NCBI GenBank assembly: GCA_048013815.1
Contig: CM106586.1
Coordinates: 4,092,001 to 4,156,000, forward strand
Origin: Setoptus koraiensis
Lineage: Eukaryota; Animalia; Arthropoda
DNA: 64,000 bases
Reading direction: 5' to 3'
Shown: positions 38,154 to 50,567 of the stretch, piece after piece
Numbering within the stretch: the stretch's first letter is position 1
Layout: every line of letters starts with the position of its first letter
The notes under the pieces: generated by a model
What the model was told of the DNA's origin: nothing
Database searches by the model: none
Seen by the model: only the letters and a program-made list of their open reading frames with translations
Program-made: the position numbers and the translations under genes

Positions 38154-38225
38154 GGGAGAGCTCCAGCGCAGGGAGAGCTCCAGCGCAGGGAGAGCTCCAG
38201 CGCAGGGAGAGCTCCAGCGCAGGGA
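38154..38225. repeat. Perfect 17-bp tandem repeat x4 (GGGAGAGCTCCAGCGCA)
   Basis: Direct reading. Confidence 0.95.
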
Positions 38226-39989
38226 GGGTTGTTGCCAAAAAACAACTCTCCCTCCGAACAACTCAGAAACAAAATGAGTGACGCCGATTCCGACGGAATG
38301 CACGTCAGAGTTTGCACGAGAGTTTGTTGAAAAGTTTGACAGCGACCGTGTGAAGTGTGTGTGTGTGTGTGCAAATTTAAACAAACTTGTTCTCGGCTGT
38401 CGCTGGCGGGATTCGGGCCGGCGAGTCGCGTCGGTTTGCGCCATCGGCGCGTCTCTTGGCCACGGCAAATCACTAAAAAAAGCGAGAGAGAGCCACCAAT
38501 AATGATACCGCCGTCGCGATGATGATGATGATGATCATCATCATCATCATCGATCATTTATTCTCATGGATGAAAATTGATGATCATCGCCATTAATGAT
38601 CACGAACAACAACAACAACAACATCGACTACAACTACACGAAAAAATAAATCTTTCTGCATCGTTGCCGCCTGCCCGGTCGCTGCCAGCGGAGCCCTGCG
38701 AGATCGCGCCATTAGCAGTTGATTTTAAAGGCTGGCAATTTCGCCAGCTCCGCCAGCGCCAACCGGAGCGCCGCCGAGAGGCCGACGGTGGCCCAGTGGC
38801 CAAGTCGTGCCCGCCACCCAGCACTGGCCACTGGGTATTTTGCGAGCGTTTCGGCGGCATCTCGCGGGCATTTCGCTGGCATTTTGCGAGCTTTGGGCGC
38901 TCGCCGGGCACTCGGTGAGCATTTGCATTCCGCGCTCGCCAACCGTGCCCGCCGCTCCCCGGGCCCGAGCGCCGCCTCAAGTGGCCCGACCGGCCCAGTG
39001 CACACCAACCAACCAACACACCCCATAAACGTATCATGTGCGTGCGCGATACAGGCCGGCCAACGACGACAAATGTGGGCCCCGCTCGCTGGGGATTTAT
39101 CGCAGATTTCGGGTGCTCGTGACAGCGGCGAGCAGCACTTTGTTTGCACTACAAACGAGCCACGGCCAGGCCCCCTCGCAACGTCTCCATAAATCATCTG
39201 CGTGCTGTTAGTGCGTCAAAAGTGACAGTTTATGGCTATTATAGCCCGCTTGTCGGGCACACGAAAAACAATCAATTATTATCATTATTATTACTACAAC
39301 TATCACTGTTGCGCGCACTGCAGCTCGCACAATTTGAAAATGATTGAGGAGCCCGCCAAGCACCATCCATCAATCCTACCCTTACCCGGCCGCTCGCCCG
39401 GCCGCCGCCCGATGGCTTGCCCGACGGCTTGCCGGCCCGTATTTCGTGTTGGGCAGATGTCGGTATTTGGTGCTGTGGCTCTTGGTGGCTCTTGGTGGCT
39501 TGCTGCGGCTCGCTGCGGCTTTCTGCGGCTCGCTGCGGCTTTCTGCGGCTTATTGCGGAACAGTGCGGCCCCGAGCCGCTGCCAGGACAAAACGGGCCGG
39601 AATGCCCAGCAGCGGCAGTAATGGTTGTAGTGGTGCGGTGGTATGGGCGGTTGTAATGCGGGCATAATGAGTGTGTGCATTGAGCCAGTTTGTGATTGAG
39701 AGATAGCTCATTCATCATAATCAACAATGGTCGTCAGACAACAACGAGACCGTTTTAGCAATCAGGCAATAGCGCAATCGCACAAGGCACGCAGCCAAAA
39801 TGATTGATTGAGCACCCCCAATCACCTCTGTGTCACGCTCATACTTGTGGCCCGCTCATAGTCGGGCCCGCTCGCAGCGCGCCGTCGGCCGGCCCGTCAA
39901 ATGCGGGCCTTGATTGATTCGCCCATGAGTCGGCGGGCCGCTATGAGCCGTCTCATGAGTCGCCTATGATAGTTTGCTGCAAAATATCA

Positions 39990-40043
39990 TGGCCATATCT
40001 GGCCATATCTGGCCATATCTGGCCATATCTGGCTATATCTGGC
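39990..40043. repeat. 10-bp tandem array (TGGCCATATC) x5
   Basis: Four perfect copies plus one variant. Confidence 0.95.
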
Positions 40044-41570
40044 GCTGCCAATGTCGACAACATTGTATACCAATATATACAAGTTGGCATGGGAATGTGC
40101 GCGCGTTGCAGCGTCGCAACAGATGCCGTCGCCACGCCAACCGGCTCTCACTCTCGCAGCGCACATAAACAGCGATGCAAATCAAGGTGAGTGAGCCGCT
40201 AATTAAGATCAATGCGATCGCGATTGATTGATTGGTTATTGTGCGTGTGTGTTAAAAAGCGCAAAGTCGTCGGATCAACGGCGAGTTTGTTTGCTTGCTT
40301 ATATAAAAACGTATATATAAACGTATAATATGAAACGTATAATATAAAATGCGCAATATATAATTAGAGGGCCCGACGTTCGTCTGGCAGCGCCACAGCG
40401 TTTGTCAGCGTCTGTCAGTTGAGAGCTTTTTAGCAGCTGAGCCACAGTCAGCTGAGCGACAGTCAGCTGAGCGAGCTGTCACACGCATGCACTTGCACTT
40501 TGTCCGATTGCGCTCCACTACGCCCGTGTGTCACTGTCTGACACCTGTCAGACAATGCCAGTTTGACAGTTGGCGTCGTCGTTGGCGCTGTTGTTGTTGT
40601 TGCTGCCGCTGTTGCTGCTGTTGTTGGCGCTGTCGCTGCTGCTGCTGCTGCTGCTGCAAACTCAAACAGTTAGACGCGAACAGTTAGACGGCAACTGTCA
40701 GACTCGAACAGTTGGCGACCCATGCAGGCAGCAGCGAAAGGGGAGCAGCGATCACGGCGAGACAGTTAGACAGATAGGTGAGCGAAATGTCGAGTGTGCT
40801 GTGCTGGCGCCCATGATGAATCAAGAGCAAGTGCAACGTGAGTGACAGCCAACGACGACAGCGACAATGATACATTCTGGCTGTGCGCCGATCTGGCCAG
40901 AATAGCAGCCCAACAACAACACCAACAACAACAACAACAGCAACAACAGCAGCAACAACACCAACAACACCAACAACACCAGCAACAACGACAGCGGGCG
41001 AGTCGAGTCAAGATCGAGAGGCAGAGGGACAAGTTTACACTAGCTGTCTGTCTGTCTCAATGGCTCAGCGGCTATCTGACAGATGATTGATGACACTGTT
41101 GTGCTGATGATGAGCAAGAATTAATCGTTGCCACACAACACCAACAACAACACCGACGACGACGACGACACCAACAACAACGGCAACAGCAGCAACAGCG
41201 ACGGCAGCAGCAACCCCTGAAACTGAACACTGATTTGCGAGCGGCTCAAGTTATTATAATTATTATTATTAGTATTACCATTATTATTAGCATGAGCAAT
41301 TGGGCAGAGCGCGACGTCTAGACGTCGGGCCGGCGCAACGTTGGCCACTTGCTCATGATTCATAGCTCGTAGCCTAGCCACTGCATGATAACTTATGATA
41401 AGTTATGAATCATGAGTTATGAATGCGCAAATATGCGCACAATGAGCACAAATAGCGGCGGCGGCGGCGGCCCGAACAAATTGAATTGGGATGCATGATT
41501 AATGATTAATCTAATGACGATCATTAGATCATCTCGGCTAGCTGCGCTTGCGTTGGCCGCGACGTCAGCC

Positions 41571-41703
41571 ATGTCAGTGTTGCCAGTTTTGTTGTCAGTG
41601 TTGCCAGTTTGGTTGCCAGTTTTGTTGTCAGTTTGGTTGCCAGTTCTCGTCTGGCAGCGTTGCCAGCCATAACAGTGTTGCCAGCCATGTCAGTGTTGCC
41701 AGC
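41571..41703. repeat. Degenerate array of TGTCAG/TGCCAG-containing units
   Basis: Direct reading. Confidence 0.8.
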
Positions 41704-42792
41704 GTTGCGTGCCCGTCGCTGGCTGGCTGGCAAGCCGGCCGTGCCGAGACAGCCAGCAGTCAGTGAGTAATTAGCAGGCCCACCAACAGGTGAACCTGTT
41801 AACCTTACGCAATGTGGGTTTGTTTTGGATTAATTTCGTTGGTGCGCATGGCGAGCAACGGGCAATTGGTTAGTGATGATATGGCTCACTGACAGCCATA
41901 TCAAGAGTGTGTATTCCAACAGTGTGTGTGCCAAGAATTTGTGATTAATGAGCGGTGTCAGTTAGCATTTGCCGCCGTTGTCATATCATGATATTGCTAT
42001 TACAGTATCACACAGTATGGCGTTGTTGTGTTGTTGTGTTGTTGTGTTGTGGAAGCAGCAGTAGTTGCAGTTGTTGTCGTTGTTGTTGTTGTTGTTGCTG
42101 CCGCTTCTTCGCGGCGGCTTCTCGTCGGCTTCTCGTCGGCTGCCACTGCCGACTGCCGATTGCTGGCAAGCTGGCTAAAAAAGTAAAATACTAATTCGAA
42201 TCACACACACACAGCCCAATGAATAATAACACAACACAGCATCTTGTGGCAGCTCGACGAGCGACTCAGTCAACAAATTAACAGCCAGCGCTCATTGTGT
42301 GTCAAACGATAAATCAGGCGCGCAACAGCTGACGACACGACACCCCGACGCTGGCAAGTATGAGCCGCAATCGGGCCGCTCACCTGTCGCCCGTGTGTCG
42401 CTTATCAAGCCTTATAACGAGCATGAGCGAACGGATAAAAAAGGCACAAACAAATAGACACGGCAGAAACGGATAAACGCGCACACAATAAACGCACAAG
42501 CGACCAATAGACGGCGCCGGATAAATAAATAAACGGATGAATGAATGAGTGAATCTAATGACACGACAGCCAGTCAGGTGACTAAATGGCTGCGCTAAAC
42601 GGCTAAACGGCTACATTGGCCAACATGGCGCACGCCCACGCCAGTCGGCGAGACAGTTGCGAGCGGCGGTGCGCTAGTTGCCGGCAATCAATGGCAATCG
42701 TATTGATTAATGTGTGCCATTAATGAGCGCGTATCACACTCGCTTGTGTTTGCGTTTGTTTGCCATGTTTGTCAGTTTATTATAATGAGCGC

Positions 42793-42869
42793 TTTTTCCA
42801 TAGTTTTTCCATAGTTTTTCCATAGTTTTTCCATAGTTTTTCCACAGTTTTTCCATAGTTTTCCCATAG
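42793..42869. repeat. 11-bp tandem array (TTTTTCCATAG) x7
   Basis: Direct reading; two variant copies. Confidence 0.95.
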
Positions 42870-43856
42870 TTTTGTTTGGCTTGGTTCGATCGGATAATCG
42901 CACACTCGCTCGCAATAATGCATGTAATAACATGATACGATAGTCGCTGTTTTATCACGGTCTCGCAGTGAAGAGATCAATCATTCGGGCATCATGATTC
43001 ATGCGGCAGCCAATGAATTTGGCAATTAGTTTATCATTGCGATTAGCAAATTTGCATGTCAGCCGGCGAGCCGTTGTTGCCCAACCGCCACGACAATTCA
43101 TCACCGACTCTCTCTCATGACTGCTGCTCATGTTGTTGTCGTTGCTGTTGTTGCTGTCGTTGCTGTTGTTGTTGTTGCTGCTGTCGTTGCTGTCGCTGCT
43201 GTTGTTGCGCCGACGTTTATGCGATGGCCAGACCGTCGGTTTGCGGCATGTCATTAGTCGCAACACAGGCAAGCTCGCCGAGCGTGCATCATTTGCATAA
43301 TTAGGCCTGTTATTGGCGCCATTTGGCGTGCCGTTACGGTCAACGCTGAGCTATGGTCAAAACACTTGGCCCAGCCCGGCCAATTATTATTCAAATTCAA
43401 TTACCTGTGCCAGGCCGGCCGGCCAGATTAATCAGTTGAGAGAGCGACAAATATGCGCGCCAAATATTTAATCAGCTCTAGGGCGTAAGGTGCCGCTGTC
43501 AGCTGACACTGGTCAGCGCCGAATACACGTAAATGTATATAGCGAATCAGCTGAATAGTGGATATGGTGAATATGGCCCAGAGTGGCTATTGGCCGCGCA
43601 TTGGGTTTATCTGGCTTCATCGCTCGCGGCTGACATGGACTGCTTTTCAGGTTGCCGTTGACGTTGCCGCTGCCGATCACCAACAATTTATTGATGACGC
43701 AATAGTGATAACAACAACAACAACAACAAAAAGGAATTCTTGGCTTGTTGGTGCTGGCTTTACTCGACTGCCTGCTGTCTGGCGCATCTGTTGTCGGCCC
43801 ATCTGATGCTGCCGACTCGACAGTGTCGAGGGAGCATCAACGACAGCAGCAGCAAC

Positions 43857-44020
<164 letters not shown>

Positions 44021-45496
44021 CAGCCAGTATCACGTAAAAAAGCGATCACCTCATAGACACAATTTAATGACGCAATCGAAGAAGCGGTAGCGTTAATTCA
44101 TTCATCATGGGCGCAATGGTGCATCAGCGAGCGACATTAATGTATTGGCGCGCTGTTGTGCTGTTGTTGTGCTGTTGTCAATGTGGCTGGTGGCGCTGTC
44201 GTGGTCGTTGGTTGTTGTTGTTGTTGTCAGTTATGCTGGCATGTCGTTTCTGTCTGGCATGAGCGACGCGCGTGTCAAATTTGTCATCATCATCGGTCAT
44301 CATCAAGCTGCCTACTTTGGCGCTTTGCACGTTGCGCCGCGTACCGGCCGACAGCAGCATCGGCGGCGGCAGCAGCAACAACATCAGCGCCAACAACGCC
44401 AACAACGTCACCAACAACGCCAGCGACAACGCCAGTGACAGCGCCGGCGAAACGGGCAACAACAGCGCCAACAACAGCGCCAACAACAGCGAGCGAGCAG
44501 TCAGTGAGGCATTCAATTATTCAGTTGACAAGTTTGACCGTCCGCTTGTCAGCCACAGACAGAGCGGCCGCACCGCACCGCAGCCCGCACAGCCGCTGGC
44601 CGCGACGAAATGGGGGGGGGGGGCCCGGTGCAGTCGCCACAGCTGTGGTCGCCACAATATAATAGTTGTTGCGCAATGGCTGACTCACCTGCGCTGCGGA
44701 GCCGGGCGCAGCCGAGATTGCAGTGGCTGTTGGTTGCAGTGGCGGCGGTCGGCGCGGCGCGGCAAATTGCGGACAAACAATGCGAGGGGCCCGACGGCAG
44801 CAACCTAATGCGACTGCGGAGCGGGCATACGGCTCGGCCGAGCGAATGATTGATTGATGGCGAACGCAAGCTCTCTATTGATATGAATTGATTGATTCAA
44901 TGCGAAACGAAACGAATTAACTGCAACGCAATTGAACGAATTGCCAATTGGACGATTCAAATCAGCGTCAGCCAGCGCTGCAATCGCACGGCACAAAGTG
45001 GATAAAATAAAATTGATGCAATAGTTAGTGTGCCGGCCAGTGCTTTTGTTTTGTTTCCAGCGAGAATTTTCTTCTTTTTGAATCAACGGCCAGCGGGCGC
45101 TGCCAAATTCCCATTCTGTCTGTCGCTTGCTCGCTCGCTTTCGAACGCCGCTGCTGCTGTCGCTGAATGAGATGCAATTCGATTAAACTAAATTGCCGAG
45201 CAGCTAAATTTTGTCTGACAGTTGAACGCATGGAACACGGCTAATTAACGAGCCAGCGCGCCGGTCGCCGCAGACAGAGTGGGCCGACAACTGTGTATTT
45301 ATAGGCCATTGATTGATCGGTTGTAGCCCAGAGCGAGACCATTACAACCATTCAATCAATGATTGATCGATTGAAAAAATTTTATTTGTTTAAATTCGTT
45401 AGCGACAGCAAATCCGACAGGAGCCCCTCTCGCCGTCCATCTCCGAAGCGATTTCAGCGCCGTTTCGGAGCGCTTTCAGTGCGCTCGCAATGCCAT

Positions 45497-45585
45497 TTCA
45501 ACGCCATTTCAGTGCGATTTCAGTGCGATTCCAGTGCGATTTCGAAGCGATTTCGAAGCGACTTCGAAGCGATTTCGGAGCGATC
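45497..45585. repeat. 11-bp tandem array grading from GCGATTTCAGT to GCGATTTCGAA
   Basis: Direct reading. Confidence 0.85.
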
Positions 45586-46507
45586 TCAAGGCGATTGTAT
45601 CGGGCCATTTGTGCCATTTGTCTGGCTGGCATTCACGCTCAATATTTATGCGATTTGTGCCATTCACGCGACGCCCTGTCAGTGGCCGCCCTCCAACGAA
45701 ACCAATAACGTCGATCCCTTTCGACAAGTTCTCGCGAAACGTCGTCGGCTCACTGTCGCTGGCGCACGTGACATGATCCATCCTTGTGGCTTGTCCGCGT
45801 GTCTGACAACTCTTGCAAGTCTCATCAATTTATAAATTTAATTTATTAATAGACCAATTCAACAGACCACGCCAAATCCTACCGGCCACCCACTCTCTCT
45901 CTCGACACTGTCCGCGCCGCTCCGGAAATAATTTCAGTTTTCACTGGTATCGCTCTTTTGCGGCTGGTCGGGCTCAATCGAGTCACAATGCAGCGTTGCC
46001 CGATTGGGGCCACTCGTTACAAACCACTTGCCACTTTGGGGCCCGGCGACACAGAGTTCATGCCAGACAGTCTGTCCGGCTGAGATATTTCGATCAACGA
46101 AAACGGGCTGCTAAACGCGTCTAAAATTGGATTACTCGAATTTCTAAAGGCCACAGTGGTGCCAGCAAGCGATTGTGAGATACGGGATACGGCAAATAAT
46201 GACGGCGGACGCAACGATTCGTTCAAAAATTTTCAATCGGTTATTGTGCTATTTAGTGTGTTTTTATTATCATTAGTATCATTGGTAAATCGTGATGATT
46301 CTTCCACTAATTTGCTGACTATTAGACGCGATGCGATGCCAACAAACAAACTTTTGTAACAATCTTATGCAATAGATTATGCAATAATGCTCAAGATGGC
46401 TAAAAATGTTCAAGTTGACCACCAACGCAGACGAATGAATGAGTGAATGAATAAATAGTGAATAATAATATTAATAATATCTCAATCTAGACGCGACACG
46501 GGGCCTC

Positions 46508-48070
46508 CTAGGGCATCTGTTTAACATAGGCACAACTCCAACAGGTACAATGGGGCAGATGTCCGGCGGAGGCGGCCGCCGCAGCGGCGGCCACAGCCAT
46601 CAATTGCTGGTGCTGATTGTAGGCGGCCATCGCTGACGCGGCGGACGAATGGGTGGGCATTGAGGCCGCCATTGCGGCCAGGGCCGCCGAATGGTAGGCG
46701 CCCGCAGCGGCCGCAGCGGCCGCATTGGGTGAGCCGGTTCCGGCGCCGGCGGTTTGGGCCACGGCAAGCGCCGCAAGAGCGGCCGAATAGGAGCTCGGTG
46801 CGGTTGTTGCGGGCGACGTGGCAGCGTTCAGAGTGGACTGCTGGTGTTGTTGTTGTTGTTGTTGCTGGTGTAGTTGTTGATGGTGGTGCAGTTGGTGCTG
46901 GTGATGCTGTTGTTGCTGCTGAGCGGCCATCATGGCCATCAGGGCCTGCTGGTGCATACCCGCCGCCGTGTGCTGGTTGTGGGCCGGATGAGAGTGCATC
47001 TGGGCATAGGGATCCCTGAGATGCTGCTGGTGCAGCTGATGGTGCGGGTGCAACGGGGGCAACGAGGGGTGTGTCAGGGGGTGATGAGATTGTAGTTGGT
47101 GTAGCTGTTGGTTGTAGTGGCCGTTTGTGGCGGGCGGCGAGGTATTGCGCGGCTTTGAGAGGGCCGGCATCAAGTCGGACGTTAGTGGGGCGTTGCTGTT
47201 TGTTATGTAGGGGTTACTGTTGCGGTTATTGTGGTTGTTTGTTGTTGCACTGTTGTTGGTGTTGTTGATGGGGCCCGCAATGACATTGTTTGGCGATGAT
47301 TGCGACAACAGCAGCGACGGGTGGCCGCTTGCTGAGCTGAGCGGCAGGGTAGTGGAGCTGCTGGCCGACGAATCGGATGAATGTGAGTGTGAGGTCGATG
47401 TGAAAGACGATGCCGATGAGGGTCGCTGATTGTTGTTGTTGTTGCTGTTTTTGTTGTTGTTGCTGCTGCTGCTGTTTGATTGCGACAAAACTCGCTGCTG
47501 TTTGTGGTGTTTCCTGTGGTCGCGATGATCACGATGATCGCCGCGATGATGATTAATCAAATCTGGCGCCCCGCTTGCGCTGTTGACATAGTAGGGCGAG
47601 GTGTCTTCGTGGTGCCTTGACGTTTTTATTTTCAGATTAGTATTATTATTATTGTGTAAATCACTGGCGTTGTTGTTGTTGTTGGGTAACATTGATGCAC
47701 TTGTCGTTGACGATTTTGCGCAAGACGATGACGTAACATGGTGCCGGTGTTTGTGATGGGCGCTGCTGGGCGATCTTCTACTATTACTATTGTTGTTGCT
47801 GTTGCTGTTGTTGCTGTTGGTCTGGTGCTTGCTTGCGGGCGCCGTGGGCGACGTCGACGATCTTATGACCGTCTGATTGGGCTGATCAATGCCGATATTT
47901 GAGCATATCTGAGCTAGGTAAGTTAACGGAGAGGCACCATTGTGATTCATTAAATAGTTTCTGCTGCTGCTGTTGTTGTTGTGCGTTATTATGGCGTGAC
48001 GATTGCTGCTAGCCAGACCGGCCAAATTGGAGTCGTCTGAGGGCGCTGTCACTGCTTTGCTCACAGCCAT
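46508..48070 (-). CDS. NET family (NocA/Elbow/ZNF503-703-like) transcriptional co-regulator, intronless, 520 aa, no C2H2 finger in the ORF
   Basis: Sp box SPLTYLAQICSNIG (aa 47-60), NET-type RDPY motif, C-terminal btd-box-like CTCWSC, and N/H/Q/A homopolymers typical of developmental regulators. Separating NET from Sp family rests on RDPY and is inference. Confidence 0.75.
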   Translation of the reverse strand: MAVSKAVTAPSDDSNLAGLASSNRHAIITHNNNSSSRNYLMNHNGASPLTYLAQICSNIGIDQPNQTVIRSSTSPTAPASKHQTNSNNSNSNNNSNSRRSPSSAHHKHRHHVTSSSCAKSSTTSASMLPNNNNNASDLHNNNNTNLKIKTSRHHEDTSPYYVNSASGAPDLINHHRGDHRDHRDHRKHHKQQRVLSQSNSSSSNNNKNSNNNNNQRPSSASSFTSTSHSHSSDSSASSSTTLPLSSASGHPSLLLSQSSPNNVIAGPINNTNNSATTNNHNNRNSNPYITNSNAPLTSDLMPALSKPRNTSPPATNGHYNQQLHQLQSHHPLTHPSLPPLHPHHQLHQQHLRDPYAQMHSHPAHNQHTAAGMHQQALMAMMAAQQQQQHHQHQLHHHQQLHQQQQQQQHQQSTLNAATSPATTAPSSYSAALAALAVAQTAGAGTGSPNAAAAAAAGAYHSAALAAMAASMPTHSSAASAMAAYNQHQQLMAVAAAAAAASAGHLPHCTCWSCAYVKQMP

Positions 48071-48584
48071 AACTGATGATGCTCACTGATGAAAAATAAG
48101 TTTGCTTGCAAATTCAATCGGCGCTGGGCGATAATTTGTCGCTTTGGCTGTTGTTGTCGTCGATGTCGTCGTCGGTGTCGGTGTCGGTTGGATGTTGACG
48201 CGACCAAAGTCACTTTGCGAATGGCTCGACCAGCTCGAATCGTCGCTTCTTTTCGAACCGTCGTCGTTCCACCATAGCGTCTTATCCGTGCCTTCTTTTG
48301 AGCCCCTTCTGCGCATGACAGCCCCTTCGATCGAAAGTACACAGTAGACACTGACAAGCGGCACGGGGGGCAAGCGAAGGTAGCGAGGGCGAAAGTGATA
48401 CCCATTGCCGGCTCACTTCCTCTAGCTGGCGCCCTCTGTTGACCGCTAATTGAATCAATGTTTGCAACGCCATCTATTGGACACCGCTCGCTCAATTGGC
48501 TGGTTTCGTTGGCCCGCGACAGATGGCGCAACGAGGCAATCCGCACTTTGCTGACGCAACTTGTGTCACCTGTCGCCCGCTCAC

Positions 48585-48665
48585 CTGACAAAACCGACAA
48601 TACTGACAACACTGACAAAACCGACAACACTGACAAAACCGACAACACTGACAACACTGACAAAC
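48585..48665. repeat. 9-bp array x9 (CTGACAA../CCGACAA..) 515-595 bp upstream of the NET-like ATG
   Basis: Direct reading: six TGACA and three CCGACA units. Confidence 0.9.
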
Positions 48666-48998
48666 TTGTGACACAAACTGACCGATGAGTGAACCAGGTG
48701 AGACCAAGTGAGCATCCGGTTCATCGTGGTCGTCGAGGGTTGGGCTTCGAAATGTTTGAATCAAACGCTGGCAGATTGCCGGCAAACTGCAGCTAATTAC
48801 GGGGCACTCGATCGATAAAACAAACAACTGTTTATGGCAAAACTACTGGATAGTGGACTGTTACGATGTAACGAGACAGGGCAAAAACAGGGAGCGTTTG
48901 CGTGGGTTTGATGCGCTGGTGCCCATTGATGCGGCTTGCGTAAGCGCACAATGATAGTGGCGCGATAATATACGACGCGACCAAACAATTCCATCATA

Positions 48999-49072
48999 GC
49001 GGCCGGATCAATTAGCTCATCAGAGCGGTCGGATCAGTTAGCTCATCAGTGCGGCCGGATCAATTAGCTCAT
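48999..49072. repeat. 26-bp tandem array x3 (GCGGCCGGATCAATTAGCTCATCAG)
   Basis: Direct reading. Confidence 0.92.
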
Positions 49073-49619
49073 GAGACACCGTTAGAAGCCGGCCAGTGGT
49101 CGCTGCAACCCGTAGCGAGCGTGTGCGAGATGGGCCAATAATAAATAAATGATAGTCCCGTTCGCTCTAATAAGTCTTGTCCGGCGCATGCAATTACGCC
49201 ACTGCCGACGCCGATCGACGACTTGAATGCTCGACACACCGCGGCTCGACGCACTGCAGCTCGACACACTGCGACTCGACACACTGCGACTGGCAGTGTC
49301 AGTATACTGACCACTCAACAATATGTTGCATGCGACGCAAGTTGGCCAGTCCGACCAACTGTCCAGCCGACTGAGGATGCACGCAAATTAATGTATGGTC
49401 GTTAGCATGATGATGCTGATGAACTTTAGATAATGGCGACCTGTTCTGTTGCGTAACTGTTCTGTTGTGACGACGGCCCACGACGAATTGTGGCGCTTGT
49501 GTTGATTGTGTGGCTCACTTTTGGCCGAGCACGTCCGCCGCTTCGATGCGCCGCTCCGACGCTTTCGTGTGTCTGTTCGTTGTCTGACATGTTTGAATGA
49601 ATGTTGTCGATGGCGCATA

Positions 49620-49871
49620 CTATTCCAAGATTGCGGCACAATCGAGCTCTCTCGAGCGCTTATCCTGCCTTCTCAGCTGCTTGGCTGTATCATGTTGAAC
49701 TCTTCGGCCTAATTTCAAATAATTTCGTATTATAAAACTAACTAACCAATTGTAGCCGCTCTCCAACGATGTGTCCGTGTATCCAGTGGTGCCAGTGGGC
49801 GTCGGGGCAAGCGGCTTATCGTGCTCCGCTGGGCCGGATCCATATTGCACACTGATGGCACTGCCCGATTC
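49620..49871 (-). CDS. ARL13B: ARL13-like GTPase, exon 4 (last)
   Basis: ESGSAIS (G5)...SLESGYNWLVSFIIRNYLKLGRRVQHDTAKQLRRQDKRSRE parallels ARL13B EPCSAIS...[28 protein letters not shown]. Acceptor GCCAG at 49872-49876, phase 0. Confidence 0.8.
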   Translation of the reverse strand, partial: ESGSAISVQYGSGPAEHDKPLAPTPTGTTGYTDTSLESGYNWLVSFIIRNYLKLGRRVQHDTAKQLRRQDKRSRELDCAAILE

Positions 49872-50011
49872 CTGGCGCAACACATTACACAACAATGCAC
49901 AACAATACACAACAATATACAACAATGCATGCACAGTTAGTCACAACAATGAGATTACATAATACAAGTGAGCGCGAGAATATGAGCTAACATGCCAACA
50001 CAATCACTTAC

Positions 50012-50117
50012 TATTCGCGTCGGGCACCTGTATTTGCTGATCAGTTTGTCCAGTTGAAGCCGATGGCGTATCTCGAACTCGTCCTCCGAATCGGCCAGGT
50101 CTTGCTTGTTCATGAAA
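50012..50117 (-). CDS. ARL13B: ARL13-like GTPase, exon 3
   Basis: FMNKQD (G4)...LQLDKLISKYRCPTRI. CAG acceptor and GTAAGT donor (50011), phases 2 and 0. Confidence 0.88.
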
Positions 50118-50272
50118 CTGTGTGTGTTTGTGATTTGATATCAGTTGATATCAGTTAATATTAGTTCATCAGTTCATTAGTCGGTTCATTAGTCGGTTGT
50201 TGCGTCGCGTCGTCGCGTGTCGTCATTGGTCGGCGCCGGCGACAATGGGCGACAGTGGGCGACAATACTCAC

Positions 50273-50567
50273 ACTAGTAGCGGCTTGTTCTGGGCGCACT
50301 TTTGGCTCAACAGGTCGCGCAAGCACTTGCGTGCCTCCTCGAATCTTGAATGGTCGTTCGAGTCAACGACAAACATCAGTCCATGCACTCGGGCCAAACA
50401 GCCGCTAGGGCGCAACAAGTTGTTTGTTGGGCCCAATTCGCACAGTTCCACTTGGTACCTTTGGTGAATCAATTTTTTCATTTTGACCCTCGACACAGCC
50501 GGCCCGCCACAGCTAACGGTGGCGCCGACACTGGCCACGGCCGATTCGCAATCTCCCTGGATTGGCC
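50273..50567 (-). CDS. ARL13B: ARL13-like GTPase, exon 2
   Basis: VELCELG...VHGLMFVVDSNDHSRFEEARKCLRDLL...NKPLLV. CAG acceptor (50568-50570) and GTGAGT donor (50272), phases 1 and 2. Confidence 0.88.

Noticed and set aside
39857-39949. Imperfect inverted repeat GCTCATAG...CTATGAGC
   Set aside because: Short, gapped arms in very GC-rich DNA; within chance.
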